A stretch of DNA of 64,000 bases from positions 7,433-71,432 of the forward strand of contig CAVRKQ010000008.1 in NCBI GenBank assembly GCA_963722105.1. Direction: 5' to 3'. Shown here piece by piece: positions 40,118-48,654 of this stretch. The position numbers were made by a program, and so were the translations under genes. Every line of letters begins with the position of its first letter. Within the stretch, counting starts at the first letter, position 1. This stretch comes from an uncultured Chloroflexia bacterium (lineage in GTDB: Bacteria; Chloroflexota; Limnocylindria; Limnocylindrales; CSP1-4). Under the pieces are notes generated by a model. It saw only the letters and a program-made list of their open reading frames with translations. It ran no database searches and had not been told where the DNA came from.

Positions 40118-42263
40118 ATGGCGACGGCTCCGGCTCGCCGGCTCGGCGGCGTGCTCCTCGGCACGCTGCTCGCGACCCTGGTCGCGCTCTCGCCGCTCGC
40201 CGCGTCGCCGGCGCTCGCCGCCGGACCGCTGCGGATCGAAGCGGACACGACCTACACGGTCGACCCGGGTGACGGTCGGATCCACGTCGCCCTCCAGTAC
40301 CGGATCACCAACAACAAGCCGAACACCGCCACCTTCATCTACTTCTACCGGACCCTGAGCTTCGGCATCCAGGCCGATGCGCGCTCGATCCGCGCCACCG
40401 ACGCCATTGGTGGCCTGGCGGTCTCGACCATCGCCCACAGGAACTTCACGGAGGTCGACGTACGGCTGCGGGCCAACCTCTACTACCACCGCACGACCAC
40501 GTTCACGCTGCGCTACGACCTCCTCGGAGCGAAGCCGCGGTCCGTCTCGCCGACCCGCGTCAGCCGGGCGTTCGTGACGTTCGGCGTCTGGGCGTTCGGC
40601 GATCGCAACCTGGGGACGGTCGAGGTCCGCATGCCCGAACACTTCACGTCGTCCATCGAGGGTGGCCCCATGACGACGACGACCAGCACCTCGGGCTATG
40701 TCCTCAAGGCGTCGCCGGCGGCGCCGGACGAGTTCTTCGCCATCATCACCGGCGAGAACACCACGGAGTACGAGCGGGAGCTGCTCTCCCTGCCTGGCGA
40801 CGTGGACATCGCGGTCCTCTCGTGGCCGGAGGACGACCGGTGGTCGGAGACGGTCACGGAGACCCTGCGCGCCGGCATGCCCGAGCTCCAGGCCGAGATC
40901 GGGCTCGACCTGGCCGGTCGACGATCTCCTCGACGTCCGCGAGCGCTACACGCCGTCGCTGGAGGGCTACGCGGGCCTCTTCTTCGTCGACGAGCAGCGG
41001 ATCGACGTCAGCGAGGACCTCGACCCCGTCACGATCATGCACGAGGCCTCGCACGCCTGGTTCAACGACGACCTGTTCGGCTATCGCTGGATCTATGAGG
41101 GCCTTGCCGAGGAGTACGCGTGGCGGGTCCAGACCGCCGTCGGAGGCGAGAACGTTGACCTCCCGGAGACGCCGAAGAAGCGCGGCAACGACACCTTCGC
41201 GCTCAACACCTGGGAGTTCCCCGACGTCATCCGCGAGGACACGAACGACACCGAGATCTACGGCTACGAGACGTCGTTCTGGCTCGTCCACCTGATCGTC
41301 GAGACCGCCGGCGAGGAGCAGATGCGGGAAGCATTCGCGAACGCCGCTGCGAACCTCACCGCCTACCCGGGCGAGGCCGCGCCGGAGACCGTCGGGCGCG
41401 TGGACGACTGGCGCCGCCTCCTCGACCTGACCCAGCCGATCGACGAGCCGGATCCGCAGCCCGTGCTGCAGGCGGTCACCGACTACGTGCTGGGCGGCCT
41501 CTCGGCGACCGAGATGAGCGACCGCCTCCACGCCCGAGACGCCTATCGCGACCTCCTCGAGGCCGGCGACGGCTGGAGCCCGCCTTGGTACGTCCGCGAG
41601 CCGATGGGCAAGTGGCTGTTCCGCGACGCGACCCCGCGGATGGCGGCCGCGACGGCCGTCCTTGCGGTCCGCGACGAGGTGGCTGCCGCGGCTGCCGCCG
41701 AGGGACTCGCACTGGACGGCGACCTCGAGGCGGCCTACGAAGGTGCCACCGACGGGTTCTCCGAGGCGACGACCCTCGGCCAGCAGCAGCTCGCCGCCGT
41801 CCAGGCCATCGCCGACGCGCACGCCAAGGTCGCCGCGGAGCCCGACCTCGTGGCCCAGCTCGGCCTCATTGGCGAGACCGCGCCGAGCGTCCCGTTCGAG
41901 GCGGCCCGCAGCGCCTTCGCCGCCGGGGATCTCGGGCTCGCGCTCACGAGCGCCCAGGCGGCGGCCGCGATCGTCGTGCGGGCTCCGGTTGTCGGCCAGG
42001 AGCGGATCGTGATGGGCGCGATCGTCCTGCTGGCGCTCGTCGCGCTGCTGGTCTTCGTCGTGCTGGTGCGGCGGCGGCGTGGCCGGCGCCCGATCGGCGT
42101 GGAGCCGGGCAGCGCTGCCTTCATCGCCATGGACGCGCGCTTCGCACCGGCGTCCGCGGAACCGTCCGAACCCTCCGGTACACTCGGCCCCGATCCGGCA
42201 GCGCCCTCTCCGCCGCTCGGCGGAGCCACTCCGGACGCCGACGGAGGCACCACCCAACCCTGA
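40118..42263 (+). pseudogene. secreted, C-terminally membrane-anchored HExxH (peptidase MA-like) protein, paralog 2; one frame change as assembled
   Basis: It has a signal peptide, HEASHAWFNDDLFGYRWIYEGLAEEYA and a TM segment IVMGAIVLLALVALLVFVVLV. The junction between ORFs 39962-41098 and 40698-42263 lies near 40909 (GAC-C-TGG). It is collinear with paralog 1. Confidence 0.7.
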
Positions 42264-43291
42264 TGGTGGTTCGTCGCACGCGACCGTCCCGCGAGATCCT
42301 CTCGGGCGAATCGGCCGACGTTTACTTCGCGCGCGCCGACCGCATCCTGGAGCGCGAGGGCCTCGACCCCGTCGTGACGATGGAGGTCTTCCCGCGGCGC
42401 GAAGGCCTGCTGTGCGGCATCGACGAGGTCAAGAACCTGCTGGCCCACGCCCTCGCCTCCGCGGACCCCTCGGAGACGATGGTCGAGGCGCTGGAGGACG
42501 GTGACGCGATCGCCCAGAAGGAGATCGTCCTCCGGATCACCGCCCGCTACCGGGCCTTCGGCCTGTACGAGACCGCCATCCTCGGGATGCTCGCCCAGTC
42601 GACGGGCTGGGCCACCGCCGCCCGCGAGTGCGTCGCCGTCGCGGCGCCGCTGCCGGTCATCTCGTTCGGCGCGCGGCACGTCCACCCGGACATCACCGAC
42701 GTCCTCGACTACGCAGCGATCGTCGGGGGCTGCGTGGGCGCGTCGACGCCCGCCGGCGCACGCCTCGCCGGCCTCGCGCCGACCGGGACGATGCCCCACT
42801 CCCTGGTCTTGATCTTCGGCGACACGGTCGCGGCGGCCCAGGCATTCGATCGCGACCTCGAGGCCGACGTCCCCCGGATCGTCCTCGTCGACACCTTCAA
42901 GGACGAGGCCGAGGAGTCGCTGCGCGTCGCGCACGCCCTCGGCGACCGGCTCTACGGCATCCGGCTCGACACGCCGTCGGAGCGCGGCCGCGTGACGCCC
43001 GCGCTGGTCCTCGAGATCCGGGCCCGGCTCGACCAGGCCGGCTTCAATCACGTGAAGATCGTCGTCTCCGGTGGTCTCAACCCGGAGCGGATGCAGGTCT
43101 TCAAGGAGGCGGGTGCGCCGGTCGACTCGTACGCCGTCGGCTCCTACATCAGTGGCGCCACGCCGATCGACTTCACCGGCGACATCAAGGAGATCGACGG
43201 TCGCCCGATCGCGAAGCGCGGTCGCATCCCCGGCCGAACCGAATCCTCGCGGCTCCGCCCCGTGCGCCTCGAGGACTGGCGCGAGAACTGA
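42263..43291 (+). CDS. pncB: nicotinate phosphoribosyltransferase (short, archaeal-type)
   Basis: Motifs are ADVYFARADRIL, FGARHVHP, GTMPHSLV, VLVDTF, GIRLDTPS and VVSGGL. The ATG overlaps the upstream TGA. Confidence 0.7.
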   Translation: MVVRRTRPSREILSGESADVYFARADRILEREGLDPVVTMEVFPRREGLLCGIDEVKNLLAHALASADPSETMVEALEDGDAIAQKEIVLRITARYRAFGLYETAILGMLAQSTGWATAARECVAVAAPLPVISFGARHVHPDITDVLDYAAIVGGCVGASTPAGARLAGLAPTGTMPHSLVLIFGDTVAAAQAFDRDLEADVPRIVLVDTFKDEAEESLRVAHALGDRLYGIRLDTPSERGRVTPALVLEIRARLDQAGFNHVKIVVSGGLNPERMQVFKEAGAPVDSYAVGSYISGATPIDFTGDIKEIDGRPIAKRGRIPGRTESSRLRPVRLEDWREN

Positions 43292-43307
43292 CACCTTCAG
43301 GCTCCAC

Positions 43308-43545
43308 CCACCTTGTTCGTGACTGTGAGGTACGAACGGCGCGGCTCTCGGCCCAATTCCCGCCCGCACGGCCCGATTCCGGCACGAATCGTGTCTCGCA
43401 GGCAAGAACTCGACGTCGTATGGGCAGAACGTCGGTCGTTCGGTCGACGTTCGTGTCTCAGGAACACCAAACCAGCAGGAGGCGGCCTGAATCGGGCTGA
43501 TCCTGTCTCGTTGCTGGCACGTTCGTGCGTACCTGGCAACGATCC
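43308..43545. repeat. degenerate ~25-nt motif repeated about every 64-71 bp in a lower-GC intergenic region
   Basis: The copies are GTTCGTGACTGTGAGGTACGAAC (43313-), CACGAATCGTGTCTCGCAGGCAAGAAC (43383-), GACGTTCGTGTCTCAGGAACAC (43447-) and CACGTTCGTGCGTACCTGGCAACGA (43518-). A hairpin GAACGTCG/CGACGTTC lies at 43427-43452. Confidence 0.5.
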
Positions 43546-43560
43546 TCCAGAATCCGTGAA

Positions 43561-43626
43561 ATGCGGTGGCGCGAATTCGAGGAAGCGGCGCCGGAGCTCG
43601 CCGCCCTCGGGATGGCCGCCTTCCGT
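43561..43626 (+). pseudogene. 5' stub of a PPOX-class (pyridoxamine 5'-phosphate oxidase-like) gene
   Basis: MRWREFEEAAPELAALGMAAF resembles the usual N-terminus of this family. The reading then runs antisense into the convergent gene, whose stop is at 43627. Confidence 0.3.
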
Positions 43627-44142
43627 TCAGCAATCGAAGGCGAACCAGCACAGCTCGTTGCGCAGCCGCTGGTCGTCCAGCACCAGCGCTCGGATCGCCC
43701 GGGGCAGTTGCGCGCGCTGCCAGCGGCACTCCCTGCGACCAGCCTCGACATCCTCGCCTTCGGGAGCGGCGGCCCAGACCGCCTTGATCGCATAGGCCGC
43801 GGCGCCCAGCTCGTGGGCCGCCACGTGACCCACCGCGGCGGCTTGGCCGGCGGCGTACGCGGCGTGCCGTGGCGCCCCACGCAGGTCCCTGGCCGAAGCG
43901 TTGGCGTGGCCGCCCGCGGCACGCGCCTCGCTCCATGAGACCTCGCCCCGCGCCCAGGCGCGCCCCAGCTCGATTGCCCGGAGCGGACGGTCGTCCCCGG
44001 GCCGCGCCTGCTCGAAGTGGTGCAGGACGTGCTGCGCGCAGTCGGCCGCCCACACCGCGAGGAGGAGGTGGTCGTCGTCCCGGAGGCTGCCACCGCGACG
44101 CACGGTGATGAACCGGGGATCCCGGACCTTGGGGAGGATCAT
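43627..44142 (-). CDS. Imm5-like / HEAT-like hypothetical protein
   Basis: The 171-aa protein begins MILPKVRDPRFITVRRGGSLRDDDHLLLAVWAADCAQHVL... and continues RAIELGRAWARGE. I recall this pattern from proteins annotated as putative immunity protein; the label is tentative. Confidence 0.5.
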   Translation of the reverse strand: MILPKVRDPRFITVRRGGSLRDDDHLLLAVWAADCAQHVLHHFEQARPGDDRPLRAIELGRAWARGEVSWSEARAAGGHANASARDLRGAPRHAAYAAGQAAAVGHVAAHELGAAAYAIKAVWAAAPEGEDVEAGRRECRWQRAQLPRAIRALVLDDQRLRNELCWFAFDC

Positions 44143-44196
44143 CCCGGGATCGTAGGTCGACGGACCTTGACGGGCGTCCGTGCGAAGATCGAGGCG

Positions 44197-44637
44197 ATGG
44201 CCGAGTCCCGCGACCCCGCCGCCCCGTTGCCGGACGAGGAGCGCGAAGGTGCCTACGGGCTGCTCCAGCGCGGCCTGGCGCTGATCAAGTCCCGCCATCA
44301 CGCCCAGGCCGCGATCGTGCTGGAGCGCGCCGCCCACTCGGAGCCCGGCAAGGGCTCGATCCTGGAGCCGCTGGGGCGGGCGTACCACCATTCTGGCCAG
44401 TTCGAGCGGGCGCGGGAGACGTTCGAGGCGCTGCTGGAGGTCGATCCCTCGGCGCACTGGGCCCACTTCGCGCTCGCGACCTCGCTCCGCAAGCTCGACC
44501 GCGTCGCCGAGGCCCGCACTCACCTTCGCCTCGCCGTTGCGCTCTGCCCGACCTCCAACCTCTACCGCCAGGCCCTCGCCCGCCTCGAGCCGCCGGCTGG
44601 GGACCCGGGAGCAGGGAACCGCACAGGCGGGGGCTGA
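44197..44637 (+). CDS. tetratricopeptide-repeat protein
   Basis: TPR-like helices include QAAIVLERAAHSEPGKGSILEPLGRAYHHSGQFERARETFEALLEVDP and WAHFALATSLRKLDRVAEARTHLRLAV. Confidence 0.6.
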   Translation: MAESRDPAAPLPDEEREGAYGLLQRGLALIKSRHHAQAAIVLERAAHSEPGKGSILEPLGRAYHHSGQFERARETFEALLEVDPSAHWAHFALATSLRKLDRVAEARTHLRLAVALCPTSNLYRQALARLEPPAGDPGAGNRTGGG

Positions 44638-44682
44638 AGCTCCGCCTCCGCGCTGATCCGACGCTCCACGTCGCTCACGAGG

Positions 44683-44737
44683 GGTCGCTCCCGGAGGTCG
44701 CTCCCGGAGGTCGCTTCCGGAGGTCGCAGGTGTCCGG
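44683..44737. repeat. 13-bp tandem repeat GGTCGCTCCCGGA, about 3.5-4 copies
   Basis: Copies lie at 44683-44695, 44696-44708 and 44709-44721 (one mismatch), followed by a degenerate copy. The array sits in the convergent intergenic region between the TPR and Nudix genes. Confidence 0.85.
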
Positions 44738-44879
44738 CTGGAGGACGAACATGACGAGGTTGCGGCCCCGAGCCCGTCCTGGGGCAACGCACCGTGTCTG
44801 TTTGTCCGGTCAGCCGACATTTCGACGCGTTTTGCGCTTTGGGGAGGCCCGCGTCGGACGACCTCGTCGAGTTGGTTCT

Positions 44880-45533
44880 CTACGCGGACATCGAGCTGGA
44901 CCCGGCTGAGCCGCCACGCTCGTCCCGCAGCCGAGCGACGAGGTAGAGGCCGATGAGGGACTTGGCGTCCCGGATCTCGCCGCGGTCGGCCATCGCGAGC
45001 GCCTCGGCGAACGGGATCGGGCGGAGCTCCAGGCGCTCGTCCTCGTCGGGCCCGAGGCGGTCCTCGTCGGCAGGCGCCAGCTCCTCCGCCAGGTACAGGT
45101 GCATGAGCTCGCTGGTGAAGCCGGGGGCGGTGTAGAAGGCACCCAGGTAGCGCCACGAGCCGGCGCGCGAGCCGGTCTCCTCCTCGAGCTCGCGGGCCGC
45201 GGCGCCGGCGTGGCCCTCGATCGAGCCGTCGGGCTCGCGGTCGAGCGTCCCCGCCGGGATCTCGAGCATCGGTCCGCCGATCGCGTGGCGCCACTGGCGC
45301 ACGAACAGCACGCGATCCTCCGGGTCGATCGCGATCACGCATACGCCGCCCGGATGCGCGGCGATGTCACGGGTCGATCGATGGCCGTCCGCCGCCTCGA
45401 TCGTGTCGACGCGGAACTCCAGGATCCGGCTGCGGCGCAGGACCTCCGACGAGACCAGCGTCTCGCGCAGCGGGTCGTCGCCGGCCGCCCCGGCCGGGTC
45501 ACTCCCCGCCGGCCGCTCGCCGGCATCGGTCAC
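44880..45533 (-). CDS. NUDIX hydrolase (ADP-ribose pyrophosphatase-like)
   Basis: The Nudix box reads GTLDREPDGSIEGHAGAAARELEEETG. Confidence 0.8.
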   Translation of the reverse strand: MTDAGERPAGSDPAGAAGDDPLRETLVSSEVLRRSRILEFRVDTIEAADGHRSTRDIAAHPGGVCVIAIDPEDRVLFVRQWRHAIGGPMLEIPAGTLDREPDGSIEGHAGAAARELEEETGSRAGSWRYLGAFYTAPGFTSELMHLYLAEELAPADEDRLGPDEDERLELRPIPFAEALAMADRGEIRDAKSLIGLYLVARLRDERGGSAGSSSMSA

Positions 45534-46231
45534 GACGGGACCGCCAGCGCGGCGAGCGTCGCCATATCCGGGACGCGGAGATCTGGCGTCGCCTCGGCGG
45601 GCGGGGTCGCGCCGGATCCGGCTCGGTCGCCCCGACGGTCGACCCAGACCGTCGAGAGGCCCAGCCGCTTCGCCGTCACGTGGTCGTGGAACAGACTCTG
45701 CGCCACGTGCAGGATCCGTGCCGGCGGCAGCCCGACCCGCTCGAACATCAGCTCGAAGCCCCGCGGGTTCGGCTTGTAGCGCTTGGCCTGCTGGGCCGTG
45801 ACGACCCAGTCGAACTTGAGACCGAGCTTGGCCTCGGAGGCCGCGAACAGGTCGTCGTCACAGTTCGTGATGACGCCGAGCTTGAACCGCTCGTGCAGCC
45901 GGGCCAGCGCGGCGGCGCTGTCCGGGAACGCCGGCCAGTCCGCGACGGAGCCCCCGAAGGCCTCGACCTCGTCGGCCGACGCGCTGCCGCCCCGCTCCTC
46001 GACCATCGCCTCGAGAACGACCCCGAGCACCTCGCGGTAGCGGCGGTACGGACCGGCCTCCGCCGCGGCTTCGTGCCGGGCGAACGTCTCGAGCAGCTGG
46101 TCGTCCGTCCCTTCGATCCCGTGCGCGGCCATCGGCGCTCGCAGCGCGGTCAGGATCCCGGCCTCCCAGTCGATGAGGGTGCCGTAGCAGTCGAAGGTCA
46201 GGACGTCGAAGGCGTCGAAATCAAGAGGCAT
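45530..46231 (-). CDS. haloacid dehalogenase type II / HAD hydrolase
   Basis: Motifs are LTFDCYGTLIDWE, GVITNCD, YKPNPRGF and VAQSLFHD. It overlaps the Nudix start by 4 nt. Confidence 0.8.
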   Translation of the reverse strand: MPLDFDAFDVLTFDCYGTLIDWEAGILTALRAPMAAHGIEGTDDQLLETFARHEAAAEAGPYRRYREVLGVVLEAMVEERGGSASADEVEAFGGSVADWPAFPDSAAALARLHERFKLGVITNCDDDLFAASEAKLGLKFDWVVTAQQAKRYKPNPRGFELMFERVGLPPARILHVAQSLFHDHVTAKRLGLSTVWVDRRGDRAGSGATPPAEATPDLRVPDMATLAALAVPS

Positions 46232-46248
46232 CCCGCGATGCTAGCGGG

Positions 46249-47847
46249 CTACTTCCGCGGGCAGGGCTTCGCGGTTTCTGTCGGGGTGGGGGAGGGCGAG
46301 GCCTCCGCCGGCGCGTCGAAGATGTGGCGGACGAGCTTCCGGATCCGCTTGATGTCGTCGGTCTGGAGGTAGTCCGGGTAAATCGGCGGCGCGAGCGTGA
46401 TCGTCTGGACCTTCCGGGTGTCGACGCGCGCGGCGAGCACGGCCAGGTTCGCGATGTCGTTCGGCGCGATCGTCGTCCAGAGGTTCTTGCTCGCCACGTC
46501 GAGCAGCTCCGGAGCGCGGGGCAGGAGGGCGATCGGGTCGACCTGCCTTGCCAGGGCCACCAGCACGGCCTGCTGGCGGCGCATCCGGCCGTAGTCGTCC
46601 GACTGGTGACGCGAGCGGGCGTACTCGAGGGCCGTCTCGCCATCGAGATGGCGGCAGCCGGCGCGGATGTAGATCTCCTTGTACCCGGTTCCATCCGGCA
46701 GGGGGTAATGGGCGTCGTAGATCGCGAACGGGATGTCGATCCAGAGACCGTCGATCGCGTCGACGAGGTCGACGAACCCGTTCAGGTTCACGACGACCGC
46801 ACCATCGAGCGGCACGCCGACCAGCTCCTGGACGGCGCCGCTGACGGCACGGAAGCCGCGGGCGTCGTCGGTCTCGCCGGGGAACTGGGTCGGGTGTCCG
46901 ACCGCATAGACGAACAGCGAGTTGAGGAGCGCCGGGTAGCGGCCGTTCACGAAGGCGCCCGCGCTCTCCGGCGGCAGTGGCACGTTCAGCATGTTCCGCG
47001 GGACACCGAACATCGCGGCTCGGCCGCTCGCGACATCGACGCTGAGCACCACCACCGTGTCGGTCCGGGCGAGCCACCGGCCCGGCCCCGCGTCGCTGCC
47101 GATGAGCAGCAGGTTCAGCCGGCCATCCTGGGCCCACGCCGGGCCTGGGGTCGGCGTGGGCCCCGGCGGGACGGTCGGTGCGGGCGTTCCGCGTGGCCCG
47201 GAGGAGCCAGACGGCAACGGTTCCGTCTCTTCGGGCTCGAAGCTCGCCGTCGGGATCTGGAAGCCGCCGCTCGGTTGGACGAAGATCGCGGACGCGGCCT
47301 GGAATGCCCGGACGCCGAGGAGCTCGACGCCCCCGTACAGGCCGGTCGCGACCAGCAACGCCACGACGAGGAGGGGCGAGCGCCGCGGCCGCGTGATCCG
47401 GCCGTGCCACACCGCGGGAGGCGTCGGCCGGCGGCGGGTGGCGACGCGATAGGTGTCGTTGATCGCGGCGAGATGCCACGCCGCGAGACCCAGGATCACG
47501 ACCAGCAGGCCGATGATGACCCCCGGTTCCAGGAGGGCCCCGAGGATGGCCGTGGGGTCGAGCACGGCGAGCGCCACGACGACGGCGATCACGAGGAGGA
47601 CCGGCAGCGCGAGGACGAACCCGCGCCGGATGGCCCCGAGCCAGGCCTGCCCCAGCCCCGGAACCAGGAGTGAGAGGATGGCTGCGATCCCGCCGGGCGA
47701 CGGACGGAGCCGCGAGCCGCCGCTCCCCGGGCGCGACGGGAGCCCGGCACTCGCGGGGAGCGCGGGAGCGTCGCTGCCCTGTTCCCTGCCCGTATCGCCC
47801 ATCCCGGCGCGCACTCTAGCCATGTCCGCAGCGAGACGTTCGGGCAT
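46249..47847 (-). CDS. LytR-CpsA-Psr (LCP) family cell-envelope protein with polytopic N-terminal region
   Basis: The LCP core contains LNLLLIGSD, RTDTVVVLSVD, VVNLNGFVDLVDAIDG, HLDGETALEYARSRH and DDYGRMRRQQ. The start is uncertain (ATG 47847, 47823 or 47802). Confidence 0.8.
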   Translation of the reverse strand: MPERLAADMARVRAGMGDTGREQGSDAPALPASAGLPSRPGSGGSRLRPSPGGIAAILSLLVPGLGQAWLGAIRRGFVLALPVLLVIAVVVALAVLDPTAILGALLEPGVIIGLLVVILGLAAWHLAAINDTYRVATRRRPTPPAVWHGRITRPRRSPLLVVALLVATGLYGGVELLGVRAFQAASAIFVQPSGGFQIPTASFEPEETEPLPSGSSGPRGTPAPTVPPGPTPTPGPAWAQDGRLNLLLIGSDAGPGRWLARTDTVVVLSVDVASGRAAMFGVPRNMLNVPLPPESAGAFVNGRYPALLNSLFVYAVGHPTQFPGETDDARGFRAVSGAVQELVGVPLDGAVVVNLNGFVDLVDAIDGLWIDIPFAIYDAHYPLPDGTGYKEIYIRAGCRHLDGETALEYARSRHQSDDYGRMRRQQAVLVALARQVDPIALLPRAPELLDVASKNLWTTIAPNDIANLAVLAARVDTRKVQTITLAPPIYPDYLQTDDIKRIRKLVRHIFDAPAEASPSPTPTETAKPCPRK

Positions 47848-47914
47848 CGCGTTGTGTTTCCGATCGTGCGCAAGCGCGTCGACATCCGCGTCAGGCCGGG
47901 TAGCATCGGCAGCG

Positions 47915-48607
47915 ATGGATGCCCGAATCCTGCTCATCGAGGACGACCCGTCGATCCGCGAGGTCACCGCGATGGGCCTTCGCGCCGCCGGCTTCGAGGT
48001 CGACACGGCCGCCGACGGCGCCGCGGGCCTCGAGAAGTGGCGGCGCGCGGAGCCCGACCTTGTCCTCCTCGACGTGATGCTGCCGCGCATGGACGGCCTC
48101 GAGGTCTGTCGCGAGATTCGGCGCGAATCGACCACGCCCGTCGTGATGCTCACGGCGCGCGGCGACACCATCGACGTCGTCGTCGGTCTCGAAGCGGGCG
48201 CCGACGACTACGTCAAGAAGCCATTCGAGATGCCGGAGCTCGTCGCGCGCGTCCGCGCCGCCCTCCGACGGACGAGAGGCAGCGACACCAGCGGCCCCGC
48301 GCCGGTCGGGTTCGGCCCCCTGTCGATCGATGTCGCCGGGCGATCGGTGAGCCGCGACGGCAACGACATCCCGCTGACGCGAACCGAGTTCGACCTCCTC
48401 ACCGAGCTGATCCAGCGACCCGGCCAGGTGCTCTCGCGCGACCAGCTCCTCGACCGCGTCTGGGGCTATGACTACCTCGGGGACTCCCGCCTCGTCGACG
48501 TGGCGATCGGGCGGCTCCGGGCCAAGATCGAGACGGACCCGGTCAATCCCGAGCTGATCCTCACCGTGCGTGGCAGCGGCTACAAGGCCGCGCGGCCCGC
48601 GCGTTGA
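47915..48607 (+). CDS. OmpR-family response regulator (MtrA-like)
   Basis: The receiver has DLVLLDVMLPRMDG. The winged-helix output has LTRTEFDLLTEL..VRGSGY. Confidence 0.9.
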   Translation: MDARILLIEDDPSIREVTAMGLRAAGFEVDTAADGAAGLEKWRRAEPDLVLLDVMLPRMDGLEVCREIRRESTTPVVMLTARGDTIDVVVGLEAGADDYVKKPFEMPELVARVRAALRRTRGSDTSGPAPVGFGPLSIDVAGRSVSRDGNDIPLTRTEFDLLTELIQRPGQVLSRDQLLDRVWGYDYLGDSRLVDVAIGRLRAKIETDPVNPELILTVRGSGYKAARPAR

Positions 48608-48654
48608 CCGCTCCCGCCGCGCTCCGAATCGCCCCGGGCTGAGCCTCCGACCCC

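Noticed and set aside
43308-43545. CRISPR array, suggested by the ~68-bp periodicity of the repeats
   Set aside because: The repeats are only about 10-25 nt long, degenerate and unevenly spaced. No cas genes are present in the window.
44740-44880. A C-terminal remnant of the truncated PPOX-like gene (LFVRSADIS..., resembling the LFRADI motif)
   Set aside because: The similarity is only a few residues and depends on frame choice. It is too weak to call without a profile search.
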